A stretch of DNA of 64,000 nt from an uncultured Chloroflexia bacterium (lineage in GTDB: Bacteria; Chloroflexota; Limnocylindria; Limnocylindrales; CSP1-4): positions 11,629-75,628 of the forward strand of contig CAVRAX010000004.1 of the NCBI GenBank assembly GCA_963719145.1. Reading direction: 5' to 3'. The notes below the pieces were generated by a model. That model ran no database searches. It saw only the letters and a list, made by a program, of their open reading frames with translations, and was not told the origin of the DNA. Made by a program: the position numbers and the translations under genes. Positions 10,386 through 22,863 of this stretch are shown one piece after another. Within the stretch, counting starts at the first letter, position 1; each line of letters begins with the position of its first letter.

Positions 10386-13136
10386 GTGAGTCCCACCCGG
10401 CCCGGAGACGGGCGCCGCCGCGCCACCAAGCGCCCGCGGCGGGCCGCTTTCGAAGCGCCTCCGGAGGCGCCCGGGACGACCTTCGCCGAGCTTCCCGACG
10501 GCCCCCCGCCGGAGGAGCCGGCGTGGCTCGCGGACGCCGGGGCCGGGGAGCTCCGCGACCCCGATGCTTCGCCGGACCCCGACCCGGCGCGCCGCCGGGC
10601 CGAGGCCCAGGCCTCTCGCGAGCGGGAGATCCTTGCCCGCCTGAACCCGGAGCAGGCGCGCGCGGTCACGACGACCGACGGCCCGGTCCTCATCCTCGCC
10701 GGGGCCGGATCGGGCAAGACGCGGGTCCTCGCCCACCGCGTCGCGTACCTGATCGGGGTCAAGGGCGTGCCGCCCTGGCGAGTCCTGGCGGTCACCTTCA
10801 CGAATCGCGCCGCCGGGGAGCTTCGCGAGCGGATCATGCGGCTCGTCGGGGATCCCGGCCGCGAGGTCGAGGCGGGGACCTTCCACTCGCTCTGCGCGCG
10901 CGTCCTTCGGCGTGACGGCGAGCCGATCCGCGTCGATCGCCGGTTCCTGATCTACGACACGGACGACCAGGCGCAGCTGATGAAGCAGATCCTCCGGGAG
11001 GAGGGCCTCGAGGCCAAGGGCGAGACGCGGCCGGCCCAGATCCTCGGTGCCATCAGCCGGGCCAAGAACGACATGGTCGACCCGACGGAGATCCCGCCGC
11101 TGCGGATCGCGACCGGCGCCCTCGTCGAGATCGCCCGACTCGCCCGCCGCTACCGCGATGCCCTGAAACGCTCGAACGCCCTCGACTTCGACGACCTCCT
11201 CCTCGAGGCGGTCCGGCTCTTCGACGAGTCGCCGAAGACCCTGAAGAAGTACCAGGAGCGCTGGCGCTACCTCCACGTCGACGAGTACCAGGACACGAAC
11301 CGGCCGCAATACCTGTGGGTCAAGGCCCTCGCCGCGGGCCACCACAACCTCGCCGTCGTCGGTGACGACGACCAGTCGATCTACGGCTGGCGCGGCGCGG
11401 ACATCCGCAACATCCTCGACTTCGAGCGGGACTGGCCCGACGCGACCGTCGTCAAGCTCGAGCAGAACTACCGCTCGACCCAGCTCATCCTCGATGCCGC
11501 CCACGCGGTCGTCTCGAAGAACGAGGCGCGGACGGACAAGAAGCTCTGGACCGAGAACGACCGGGGCCGCCAGATCGACCGCTTCGAGGCCTACAACGAG
11601 GAGGAGGAAGCCGAGTGGATCGCCCGTCGGGTCGAGGAGCTGACGGGGACCCGCGGGTCCGTTCTGACCCGCCGCGCCGACGACCCGGCCGGGACCTACC
11701 ACCTCCGCGACATCGCCGTCCTCTACCGGACGAACGCCCAGTCCCGGGCGATCGAGGAATCGTGCCTCCGTTACGGGATCCGCTACCAGGTCGTCGGTGG
11801 GACCCGGTTCTACGCCCGCAAGGAGGTCAAGGACGCCCTGGCCTACCTCCGGGTCCTCCGCTCCGACGCCGACTCGGTCAGCTTCGAGCGGGTCATCAAC
11901 GTCCCCGCCCGCTCGATCGGGGACAAGACGATCGAGGTCGTCCGGGCGGTGGCGGCCCGCGAGGACGTGCCGTACTGGCTGGCGTTGGAGCGCGTCGTTG
12001 AGGGCGGCGCCGCGCCCGACCTTGCCGCCCGCTCGCGGTCGGCGATCGGCGACTTCGTCGGGCTCGTCCGGCGCCTCCGGGCCCGGGTCGGTGTCCTGCC
12101 CCTGCCCGAGCTCCTCGACGAGGTCCTCGAGCGGTCCGGCTACCGGGCGATGCTGGCCGACGGGACCGAGGAGGGCGAGGAGCGCTGGGCCAACCTCCTC
12201 GAGCTGCGCGAGGTCACGACCCGCTACGACGACCTGTCGCCCGACGACGCCCTCGATCGGCTGCTCGAGGAGACGGCCCTCGTGGCCGACCAGGATTCGT
12301 ACGAGGCCGACGCCGACAAGCTGTCGCTGATCACCCTCCACGCCGCGAAGGGCCTCGAGTTCCCCGTCGTCTTCATCGCCGGGCTCGAGGAGGGCCTCTT
12401 CCCGACCAGCCGGGCGATCGAGGCCGAATTGGGGTTCAACCCGAACCCGGCGGGCATGGAGGAGGAACGCCGTCTCGCCTACGTCGGGATGACCCGGGCC
12501 AAGGACCGCCTCTACCTCTCGCACGCCTGGCAGCGGGCGACGCGCCGAGGCATGAGCGGCAGCTGGATGGCCGAGCCGTCGCGCTTCCTCCTCGAGATCC
12601 CGGGCGAGCTGATGAACGGGCCGCGTCTCGCCCGCGCGGCGGGTGAGACGGCCGACGACGCGCCCGACGACCTGAACCTCGTCTTCGGGCGCGGAGCGAC
12701 CCGGTTCGGGACGCCGATCCGACCGGGCGGCGGGGCATTCCGGGAGGGCAGCGGCCGGCCCGGGGGACCGCGAGCCGGCGAGACTTTCCGGCCGACGCGC
12801 GATCTCGCCGCCAAGCGCGAAGCCTTCGCCGGCGGGGCCCGGTCGGGGACGTTCGGGCGGCGGCTCGAGGCCTGGGACGACGAGACCCCGGACGCGGGGA
12901 CCGACGGTCCGGCGCGCGCACCGACTCCGGCGCAGGTGATCGACCGACCACTGATCCCCGGCGAGCGCCGCTACCGCGACGGCGACCGGGTCCGCCACGC
13001 CCGCTGGGGCGACGGCATCGTCGTGACCTCGAAGCTGACCCGCTCGGACGAGGAGGTCACGGTCGCCTTCCGGGACCCCCAGGTCGGCCGCAAGACCGTG
13101 CTCGCCTCGCTCGCCGCGCTCGACATCGTCGGCTGA
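10386..13136 (+). CDS. pcrA: ATP-dependent DNA helicase PcrA/UvrD, carrying an ~85-aa disordered N-terminal extension.
   Basis: Walker A AGAGSGKTRVLAHR, motif II VDEYQDTN, and a UvrD C-terminal domain. GTG start. pcrA–ligA synteny. Confidence 0.9.
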   Translation: MSPTRPGDGRRRATKRPRRAAFEAPPEAPGTTFAELPDGPPPEEPAWLADAGAGELRDPDASPDPDPARRRAEAQASREREILARLNPEQARAVTTTDGPVLILAGAGSGKTRVLAHRVAYLIGVKGVPPWRVLAVTFTNRAAGELRERIMRLVGDPGREVEAGTFHSLCARVLRRDGEPIRVDRRFLIYDTDDQAQLMKQILREEGLEAKGETRPAQILGAISRAKNDMVDPTEIPPLRIATGALVEIARLARRYRDALKRSNALDFDDLLLEAVRLFDESPKTLKKYQERWRYLHVDEYQDTNRPQYLWVKALAAGHHNLAVVGDDDQSIYGWRGADIRNILDFERDWPDATVVKLEQNYRSTQLILDAAHAVVSKNEARTDKKLWTENDRGRQIDRFEAYNEEEEAEWIARRVEELTGTRGSVLTRRADDPAGTYHLRDIAVLYRTNAQSRAIEESCLRYGIRYQVVGGTRFYARKEVKDALAYLRVLRSDADSVSFERVINVPARSIGDKTIEVVRAVAAREDVPYWLALERVVEGGAAPDLAARSRSAIGDFVGLVRRLRARVGVLPLPELLDEVLERSGYRAMLADGTEEGEERWANLLELREVTTRYDDLSPDDALDRLLEETALVADQDSYEADADKLSLITLHAAKGLEFPVVFIAGLEEGLFPTSRAIEAELGFNPNPAGMEEERRLAYVGMTRAKDRLYLSHAWQRATRRGMSGSWMAEPSRFLLEIPGELMNGPRLARAAGETADDAPDDLNLVFGRGATRFGTPIRPGGGAFREGSGRPGGPRAGETFRPTRDLAAKREAFAGGARSGTFGRRLEAWDDETPDAGTDGPARAPTPAQVIDRPLIPGERRYRDGDRVRHARWGDGIVVTSKLTRSDEEVTVAFRDPQVGRKTVLASLAALDIVG

Positions 13137-14209
13137 TGCCTGCCCGCCTCGGTCCGGACGAGCTCGCGGGGATCGTGTCCCTCTACGAGCTCGAGGCGCC
13201 GGGCCGCGAGCGGATGGCCGGGCCGGCCTTCGACTACGTCGCCGGCGGGTCGTGGGACGAGATCACGCTGGCGGAGAACGATGCCGCCTGGCGCGAGCTC
13301 CGGTTCGTGCCACGGGTCCTGACCGACATCCGGTCGATCGACGTCTCGGGCTCGTTCCTCGGCCGGCCGAGCGCCCTGCCGGTCGCGATCGCGCCGATGG
13401 CGGTGATGGCCATGGCTCACCCCGATGGCGAGGGCGCGGTGGCCCGGGCCGCGGCGACCGCCGGGATCCCGGACGTCGTCTCGACCTCGGCCTCGGCCTC
13501 GATCGAAGGGGTCGCGGCGGCGGCGCCCGACGCCGACCTCCTGTTCCAGCTGTACCTGACGAAGGACCTCGAGTACACGCGCTCGCTCGTGGAGCGGGCG
13601 GCCGCGGCCGGCTACCGGGCGATCGTCCTGACCGTCGACCTGCCGGTACTGGGTTACCGAGAGCGCGACCGGCGCTCGGGATTTACCCTGCCCGCGATGC
13701 CGAACGTCGACCCGGCGAGCGGCGCGGCCCGGGGTCGCTATGCGGGGCTCGAGGACCAGCGGGCGATCGGGCTCACCTGGGACGATCTCGGGACGATCCG
13801 ATCGTGGAGCTCGCTGCCGCTCGTGCTCAAGGGGATCGTCGCGGCCGACGACGCACGACGGGCGGTCGAGCACGGGGTCGACGGGATCGTCGTCTCGAAC
13901 CACGGCGCCCGCCAGCTCGACCGGACGATCGCGACGGCCCGGGTGCTGCCCGAGATCGTCGCGGCCGTCGACGGCCGCTCCGAGGTCTGGGTCGACGGCG
14001 GGATCCGGCGCGGACTCGATGTCGCTGCCGCGATCGCGCTGGGCGCATCGGGCGTCCTCGTCGGCCGGCCCTTCTACTGGGCGCTCGCCGCCGGCGGCCA
14101 GGCCGGTGTGGAGCGCGCGATCTCGATCCTGCGCGAGGAGCTGGAGCTTGCGCTGCCGCTCCTCGGCTGCGCCTCGATCACCGAGCTACGGCACGACCTG
14201 GTGGAATAG
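13136..14209 (+). CDS. FMN-dependent alpha-hydroxy-acid dehydrogenase (L-lactate dehydrogenase/glycolate oxidase family).
   Basis: SNHGARQLD active-site motif. TIM-barrel FMN-binding pattern. The ATG overlaps the pcrA stop (ctgATGcc). Confidence 0.85.
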   Translation: MPARLGPDELAGIVSLYELEAPGRERMAGPAFDYVAGGSWDEITLAENDAAWRELRFVPRVLTDIRSIDVSGSFLGRPSALPVAIAPMAVMAMAHPDGEGAVARAAATAGIPDVVSTSASASIEGVAAAAPDADLLFQLYLTKDLEYTRSLVERAAAAGYRAIVLTVDLPVLGYRERDRRSGFTLPAMPNVDPASGAARGRYAGLEDQRAIGLTWDDLGTIRSWSSLPLVLKGIVAADDARRAVEHGVDGIVVSNHGARQLDRTIATARVLPEIVAAVDGRSEVWVDGGIRRGLDVAAAIALGASGVLVGRPFYWALAAGGQAGVERAISILREELELALPLLGCASITELRHDLVE

Positions 14210-14239
14210 TCCCTGCGGCTCCGGGTCGAGCCGTCGCGA

Positions 14240-14690
14240 TCACTTGGGCAGCGCACCTCGATCCACGGGCTCATAGCTGGTCGTGCCCTGGCCGCCTGGG
14301 CTCAACTGGGACTTCGCGCGGAGGACCGCCTGCCGAGAGTCGGCGTCGGAGTCCCGGCGGCCGTCGATGTCCGGCGCCGGGCCTTCGTTGCTGATCCCGC
14401 CGTCGGGGAGGAAGTCGGCAATGCGGCCGAGCAGCCGTCGGATGAAGCCGATGTCGTTCCTACTATCGCCCAAGCTCTCAGTCGGCCCCGGCCTCGTGGA
14501 TCGGGTCGTATCGCTCGCGTCCACAGCCCGGCACGCCGCATCGGCTCTTCCGGATGTAGTTGTCGGTGGTCGCGATCGCGCCGATGCTCCAGCCCCGGCT
14601 GTTTGGGCCGCCGCCGATGGCGAACGCGGCGAGCCCGGGGTATCTCCCGGAACTCGTGCGGCTGCCTTGGGTCGACCGGCGGGAGCTCAC
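14240..14690 (-). pseudogene. Probable frameshifted gene or pseudogene of unknown function. A further upstream segment may extend to ~15033 in a third frame.
   Basis: Two minus-strand frames with very high GC3 abut at ~14478-14524: …GCGRERYDPIHEAGAD* in one frame, then ESLGDSRNDIGFIRRLLGRIADFLPDGG…GALPK* in another. No intact ORF explains the 840-bp gap between the dehydrogenase and ligA. Confidence 0.35.
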
Positions 14691-14900
14691 GTCGCTGCCA
14701 AGGCCAGTGGACCTTCACCATCCGTTGCCCGCGCCTCCAGCTCGTATTCCTGCGTCGCCCTGAGCCTGCCCGCCGGGGACGGCCCGTCAAGAGCCGATCG
14801 GCGGATTCCGCCGCGGCCTCCTCGATGGTCGAGATTCTGGTCCATGGGACGAAGGAGCGGCTCGCGCCGAGCCGCGACGACGGGCTCCAGCGTTCCCTGA

Positions 14901-17778
<2,878 letters not shown>

Positions 17779-17782
<4 letters not shown>

Positions 17783-18141
17783 TCGGGCCGAACCCCGGGC
17801 CGGCCGGGGCGGGCGCCGGTCAGCACGCCAGCCCGAAGCCGACGCCTAGCGCTGAAGCCCGAGGCCGACGACCACCGCGACCACGAGGGCGATCGCGATC
17901 GTCGCGAAGCCGACGACGAGCCAGCGCCCGACACGGCGCCTCGCCAGACACGGTAGAGCGTGCCAGCGATGCCGGAGACGATCACGAGCGTCAGCAGGTC
18001 CCAGGGGGCCTCGTCGTTGGCGAAGCTGCGCCAGGCGACGATCCCGAGCAGGCCGAACGCGAGGACGAGGTAGCTCAGCCGATCGGCGGCGAGATCGACG
18101 CTCAGCTCGCGCTCGTCGCGAGGAACCAGGCTCTGGATCAT
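17779..18141 (-). CDS. Small polytopic membrane protein (DUF2975-like partner of the YozG-type regulator), apparently frameshifted near 17940. The authentic 3' end is probably at 17846.
   Basis: The N-terminal 65 aa have two clear TM helices. After …GTLYRV the annotated frame turns low-complexity ([14 protein letters not shown]…). The +1 frame instead encodes a third TM helix ([26 protein letters not shown]) ending at 17846. The ATGA overlap with the upstream regulator indicates an operon. Confidence 0.45.
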
Positions 18142-18365
18142 GGCGTGTCCTCCAGGAGGAAGAGCTCGTCCACCCGGATCGCGAGGGCGCGGGCGAGCCG
18201 TAGGGCGAGAAGGGTCGACGGGCCGTACTGGCCCGTCTCGATCGAGCTGATCGTCTGACGACTCACCCCGACGAGGCGGGCGAGCTGGCCCTGTGACAGG
18301 TCGCGCTCGGCACGGGCCACTCGCAGCCGGTTCAGGAGTCGCGGTGGTTCAGACGATCGGAGCAC
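18138..18365 (-). CDS. XRE-family HTH transcriptional regulator (YozG-like).
   Basis: [59 protein letters not shown] is a Cro/C1 HTH closely matching the YozG-type pattern. Confidence 0.8.
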   Translation of the reverse strand: MLRSSEPPRLLNRLRVARAERDLSQGQLARLVGVSRQTISSIETGQYGPSTLLALRLARALAIRVDELFLLEDTP

Positions 18366-18453
18366 GCCGACACGATGCCGGGAGCCTCACCCTGCTGTCA
18401 AGGAAACTTGGCAGGGTGCCAAGGGTGCCGGACAGCCCGTTCGGGCCGCCTCG

Positions 18454-19056
18454 TCAGTTCCGGCGTTGGCCCTGGCGAGGCTGGTGGTACCGCTCCAGGA
18501 TCGCGCTGACGGCATCCCGGGCGGCCCGCCACTCGGGCTGGTCGCCGAGAATCTCGGCATTCGGGCCGAAACGGGCGAGCTGGGTCATGGCCGTCACGAT
18601 GAGGTCGTGCTCGTACTGGCGGCGGCGGCCGCCGTCGAGCGCGCCGGTGACGAGGTAACGGCGGACCAGATCGAACGGCGCCGTCCAGCGATCGATCCGG
18701 ATGCGTGTGCCCTCCCGCAGCGTCTCGAGGTAGTCGTCGTCGCCGACAGGATGCTGGTCATGCTCGGCGACGTGTCGCGGCAGGTCGAGCCGGAGGCCCG
18801 GCAGGGCCGCGCTCGGGAAGCGGCCGTCGTCATCGGAGGCGCGGTAGCAGACGGGACAGACCGGCAGCTCGACGTATGCCGGGGGCGGGGCACCGATCGG
18901 GCGGCCGCAGCGGCCGCAGAAGGTGCTCGTGGCGGATCGGGCGGGCGTGCCGCAGGAGAGGCAGGCGGTGAGGACGGTCAAGGCAGAGCCTCGGGGATCG
19001 TGTGTATCGACTGGCACCCTGAAGCATCGCTCGCGAGCGGTTGCGGGCACCATCAC
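18454..19056 (-). CDS. Zinc-ribbon-containing hypothetical protein.
   Basis: Two CxxC…CxxC pairs (CLSCG…CGRCG; CPVCY) precede a ~120-aa C-terminal domain. GC3 is high on the minus frame. The opposing 369-aa plus-strand ORF is low-complexity and rejected. Confidence 0.55.
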   Translation of the reverse strand: MMVPATARERCFRVPVDTHDPRGSALTVLTACLSCGTPARSATSTFCGRCGRPIGAPPPAYVELPVCPVCYRASDDDGRFPSAALPGLRLDLPRHVAEHDQHPVGDDDYLETLREGTRIRIDRWTAPFDLVRRYLVTGALDGGRRRQYEHDLIVTAMTQLARFGPNAEILGDQPEWRAARDAVSAILERYHQPRQGQRRN

Positions 19057-19106
19057 CCGGCCGGTGAGCCTGAGGCAGGACTTTCGTCGCCGCCGCGCGG
19101 GCCGGG

Positions 19107-19958
19107 TCAGCCCATCGCGTGGTTGAACTGGCCCCAGATCCAGCCCGGGTGCCAGGCGAGTGGCTCGCCCCGAATCATCCTGGGCGCGGACCAGATGGGC
19201 ACGAGCCCGGCCGCCTCGAGGCGGGTGAGCCCGGCGACGTTCTCGTCGACGAGCCCGACCCTGACGCGCCCGCCGGGCCCGCTCGCCCGTCGCCGCGCGT
19301 CCAGGATCCGGACGGCGTGGGCAGGGTCGCGAGCGACCGTCGCGCCGCCGCCCCAGGGTGCCCGGATCACGAACGCCTGCACCTCTCCGTGGCGGGCCAG
19401 AACCCTCGTGGTCAGGGGCCCGGCGAAGCGCCGGATCGCGTGGGCCCGGTCCTCGCCGCTGGCGGCCCGATCGAGGTGGATGATCGCCTCCAGGTCGGCC
19501 GTCGTGAAGGCCCTGACGCCGCCATCCGGCTCGGAGGTCGCGGGGTCCAGCCCGGAAGCCTCGAGGATCCGATAGTGGGTCTGGACCCTGAAGCCCATCC
19601 GCTCGTAGAGCGGGTAACCCTGCTCCGTCGCGACGAGGACGAGCGTCCGGCAGCCCGCCTTCTCCAGCTCATCGACGACGGCCTCGGTGAGAGCCCGGCC
19701 GATCCCAACGCCCCGCTGGGCCGCCTCCACCCAGATCGTGCCGATCCAGCCGACGGCGCCGTTGGCCGTGCCGACGCCCGTGCCGACGAGTCGGCCATTG
19801 GCCTCCGCCACGACGGGCCGGCACTCGGGCTGGCTCGTGGCGAAGTCGAACCACGTGCGTCGATCGCCCCAGTCCGCCCGCAGGATCGCCTCGGTCGCCG
19901 GGCCAACGTCGGCCGGGGTCATCGGGCGGATCGCGGCTCCACGCTCCGAGGCAGGCAC
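19107..19958 (-). CDS. GNAT-family N-acetyltransferase (two-domain).
   Basis: Acetyl-CoA motif A is AQRGVGIGRAL. The N-terminal GNAT fold is followed by a second C-terminal domain. Confidence 0.75.
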   Translation of the reverse strand: MPASERGAAIRPMTPADVGPATEAILRADWGDRRTWFDFATSQPECRPVVAEANGRLVGTGVGTANGAVGWIGTIWVEAAQRGVGIGRALTEAVVDELEKAGCRTLVLVATEQGYPLYERMGFRVQTHYRILEASGLDPATSEPDGGVRAFTTADLEAIIHLDRAASGEDRAHAIRRFAGPLTTRVLARHGEVQAFVIRAPWGGGATVARDPAHAVRILDARRRASGPGGRVRVGLVDENVAGLTRLEAAGLVPIWSAPRMIRGEPLAWHPGWIWGQFNHAMG

Positions 19959-20005
19959 GGCCGCATCGTAGCGGCCGTGCCGGATCGCTCGGCTATCATC
20001 GGGCG

Positions 20006-20308
20006 GTGGCCGGCCTCTCCCGATCCGACGTCGAGCACGTCGCGCACCTCGCCCGCCTCGGGATGACCCCGGATGAGCTGGACCGGCTCGAAGGCCAGCT
20101 CAACCAGATCCTCGAGCGCTACACGAAGCTCTCTGAGCTCGACACGGAGGCGATCCCCCCGACGGCCCAGACGATCGAGCTGGAGAACATCCTGCGCGAC
20201 GACGTTCCCACCCCGTCGCTGCCGGCCGAGGCGGTCCTGGCCAACGCGCCGGCCCGCGACGGCGACTTCATCATCGTCCCGCCGATCCTCGGCGGCGACG
20301 GCGGCTGA
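20006..20308 (+). CDS. gatC: Glu-tRNA(Gln)/Asp-tRNA(Asn) amidotransferase subunit C.
   Basis: GTG start. LSRSDVEHVAHLARLGMTPDELDRLEGQLNQIL… matches the GatC family. Directly precedes gatA. Confidence 0.9.
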   Translation: MAGLSRSDVEHVAHLARLGMTPDELDRLEGQLNQILERYTKLSELDTEAIPPTAQTIELENILRDDVPTPSLPAEAVLANAPARDGDFIIVPPILGGDGG

Positions 20309-20325
20309 GCACCGCCGCCAACGCG

Positions 20326-21918
20326 ATGACCGAGGATCTGACCCGCCTCCCGGCCCACGAGATGGCGGCGCTGCTGCGGGCCGGCGAGGCGTCGTCGCGG
20401 GCGCTGGCCGAGGCCCACCTCGATGTCGCCGAGCGCCAGAACCATGCCCTCAACGCCTGGCTGGTGATCGATCGGGAGGGCGCCCTGCGCCAGGCCGACG
20501 CCGCCGACGCCGCCCTCCACGCCGCGCGCCGGGCCGGCCGGGTGGCGCTCGGCTCGCTCCATCCCCTCCACGGCATCCCGGTCGGCCTCAAGGACCTCAT
20601 CTCGGTCGAGGGGGGGCAATGCACCGCCGGATCGCGGATCCTGGCCGGCTACCGGGCCCCCTACGACGCCCACATCGTGGAGCGCCTGCGGGGGGTCGGC
20701 GCGGTCTTCCTCGGCAAGACGAACATGGACGAGTTCGCGATGGGCTCGTCGAACGAGTTCTCGGCCTATGGCCCGGTGAGCAACCCCTGGGACCTCGACA
20801 CGGTGCCGGGTGGGAGCAGCGGTGGCTCCGCGGCGGCCGTCGCCGCCCACCACGTCCCGCTCAGCCTCGGCACGGACACCGGTGGCTCCATCCGCCAGCC
20901 GGCCGCCCTCTGCGGGATCGTCGGGATGAAGCCGACGTACGGCCGCGTCAGCCGCTACGGGATCGTGGCCTTCGCCAGCTCGCTCGATCAGATCGGGCCC
21001 CTCGCCCGCGACGCCACGGATGCGGCGGCCCTGCTCCACGCCGTTTCCGGCCGCGACGATCGCGATTCGACCTCGGCGCCGGAGCCGGTCCCGAACGAGC
21101 TCCTCCACCTGCCCGAGTCCGACGACGAGGCGGCCGCGTGGCTGAAGGGCAAGCGCTTCGGGCTGCCCCGCGAGTACTTCGTCGCCGGCATGGACCCCGA
21201 CGTCGAGCGGCGGGTCCGCGAGGGCGTCGCCTTCCTCGAGGGAGCCGGGGCACGGATCGAGGACGTCAGCCTGCCCCACACCGACTACGGCCTCGCGACC
21301 TACTACATCGTCGCCCCGGCGGAGGCCTCGGCCAACCTCGCCCGCTACGACGGCGTCCGGTTCGGCCACTCGCGGCGGCTCGAGGGGGGCGACTTCATCG
21401 CCGACTACCTGGCCACCCGGGGCGAGGGCTTCGGGGCCGAGGTGAAGCGCCGGGTGATGCTCGGCACGTACGCGCTCTCGGCGGGCTACTACGACGCCTT
21501 CTACGTCAAGGCCCAGAAGGTCCGGACGCTCATCAAGCGCGACTTCGACGATGTCTTCGGCTCGGGCATCGATGCCCTCGTCGCGCCAACCTCGCCGTCA
21601 GTGGCGTTCCGGTTCGGAGCGAAGACCTCCGACCCGGTGGCGATGTACCTGTCCGACGCCTGCACCCTGCCGGTCAACATGGCCGGCCTGCCGGGGATCT
21701 CGATCCCATGTGGCCTCTCGGAAGGCCTGCCGGTCGGGCTCCAGCTCATCGGGCCGGCCTGGAGCGAGCTGCTCCTGCTCCGCGCGGCCCGGGCGTTCGA
21801 GGGCCTGACGTCGGCCGCATCGTGGCGCGGCCAGGAGCCGGCGCAGCTCGCGGCGGCCGACGACCCGGCCGGTCCAACGCCGGCCCAGCGCGCCGCGATC
21901 CTCGCGACGGCGTCCTGA
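20326..21918 (+). CDS. gatA: Glu-tRNA(Gln) amidotransferase subunit A.
   Basis: Amidase signature GGSSGGSAAAV…, and the Ser-cisSer-Lys region. 530 aa. Confidence 0.95.
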   Translation: MTEDLTRLPAHEMAALLRAGEASSRALAEAHLDVAERQNHALNAWLVIDREGALRQADAADAALHAARRAGRVALGSLHPLHGIPVGLKDLISVEGGQCTAGSRILAGYRAPYDAHIVERLRGVGAVFLGKTNMDEFAMGSSNEFSAYGPVSNPWDLDTVPGGSSGGSAAAVAAHHVPLSLGTDTGGSIRQPAALCGIVGMKPTYGRVSRYGIVAFASSLDQIGPLARDATDAAALLHAVSGRDDRDSTSAPEPVPNELLHLPESDDEAAAWLKGKRFGLPREYFVAGMDPDVERRVREGVAFLEGAGARIEDVSLPHTDYGLATYYIVAPAEASANLARYDGVRFGHSRRLEGGDFIADYLATRGEGFGAEVKRRVMLGTYALSAGYYDAFYVKAQKVRTLIKRDFDDVFGSGIDALVAPTSPSVAFRFGAKTSDPVAMYLSDACTLPVNMAGLPGISIPCGLSEGLPVGLQLIGPAWSELLLLRAARAFEGLTSAASWRGQEPAQLAAADDPAGPTPAQRAAILATAS

Positions 21919-22018
21919 CCCTGACAGCACAGGCCCCTGCAGGAGCGACGGGGAGAACGGGCGGGTCGGCCCTTCCGGCCGGCGGCGCGACGCCCCAGCA
22001 TCACGGCGGAGGTGGTTC

Positions 22019-22801
22019 ATGATCAAGCGGATCCTCGTCGGCTCGGTGATCGCGGCCGCCGGCTGGGCCGGCTACAGGAGCGTCCGACGCTGGTACGAGA
22101 CCTGGGGGATGGACCCGGACGAGGCGGTGAAGGCGCTCCCCGGCGACGACCTCGTCCCCGAGCCGACCGCGGTCGACACGCGGGGCATCACGATCGACGC
22201 GCCGGTGGAGGCCGTCTGGCCGTGGCTCCTCCAGTTGGGCTACGGCCGGGGCGGCTGGTACAGCTACGACGCGATGGACATGAAGGGCACGAGCGCCGAG
22301 GCGATCCTGCCCGAGTTCCAGTCGCTGGCGGTCGGCGACACGGTCCCGACCGATCCGGGCGGCGGCTTCGTCGTCAAGGTCATCGAGCCCGAGCACGCCC
22401 TCGTCCTGTACGTCGACCCCGAGATCGTGGCCGCCCGGACGGGCGCCCGGCTCACCGTCGGCGAGGCCCCCGGCGTCGCGATGTCCGGACGGTTCCTCGA
22501 GACGGCCAGCCCGCCGCGGTTCTCCGCCGCCTGGGCGTTCGTCCTCGAGCCGCTCGGCGGCGGCCGGACGCGCCTTCTCGAGCGCTTCCGCGCCGGGATG
22601 GAGGCGACGAGCCCGGGCTCCAGGCTCTTCGGTCCGATCCTCGGCTTCGGCGTCTTCGTGATGACCCAGCGCCAGATGCTCGGCATTCGAGCTCGGGCCG
22701 AGCGCCTCGCGCGGGACCGGGCTGCCCTCCACCGTGACGTCGACGCGGTCGCCGAGAAGGCGCTGTCGGCGCCCGCCGAGACAGAGGCGACGGCCGGGTA
22801 G
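22019..22801 (+). CDS. SRPBCC-superfamily (polyketide-cyclase/START-like) protein with an N-terminal TM segment.
   Basis: N-terminal hydrophobic helix (ILVGSVIAAAGWAGY) followed by ~200 aa with an SRPBCC-like pattern. The assignment is tentative. Confidence 0.5.
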   Translation: MIKRILVGSVIAAAGWAGYRSVRRWYETWGMDPDEAVKALPGDDLVPEPTAVDTRGITIDAPVEAVWPWLLQLGYGRGGWYSYDAMDMKGTSAEAILPEFQSLAVGDTVPTDPGGGFVVKVIEPEHALVLYVDPEIVAARTGARLTVGEAPGVAMSGRFLETASPPRFSAAWAFVLEPLGGGRTRLLERFRAGMEATSPGSRLFGPILGFGVFVMTQRQMLGIRARAERLARDRAALHRDVDAVAEKALSAPAETEATAG

Positions 22802-22863
22802 CCAAGGCCGGAGCGGAAACACGGCGCGTCGGCCGTCGGGCCTCGATGTCGTAGGCTTCCACC

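Noticed and set aside
10165-10389. Possible CRISPR-like array at the pcrA-upstream repeats.
   Set aside because: Only three repeat copies. The 'spacers' are themselves repeated (24-bp unit ×2) or absent. No cas genes. This is not CRISPR architecture.
10176-12998. 940-aa minus-strand ORF antisense to pcrA.
   Set aside because: Shadow ORF of pcrA, with no motifs and heavy low complexity.
18466-19575. 369-aa plus-strand ORF.
   Set aside because: Low-complexity translation. The minus strand instead encodes a Zn-ribbon protein and a GNAT acetyltransferase with good motifs and GC3.
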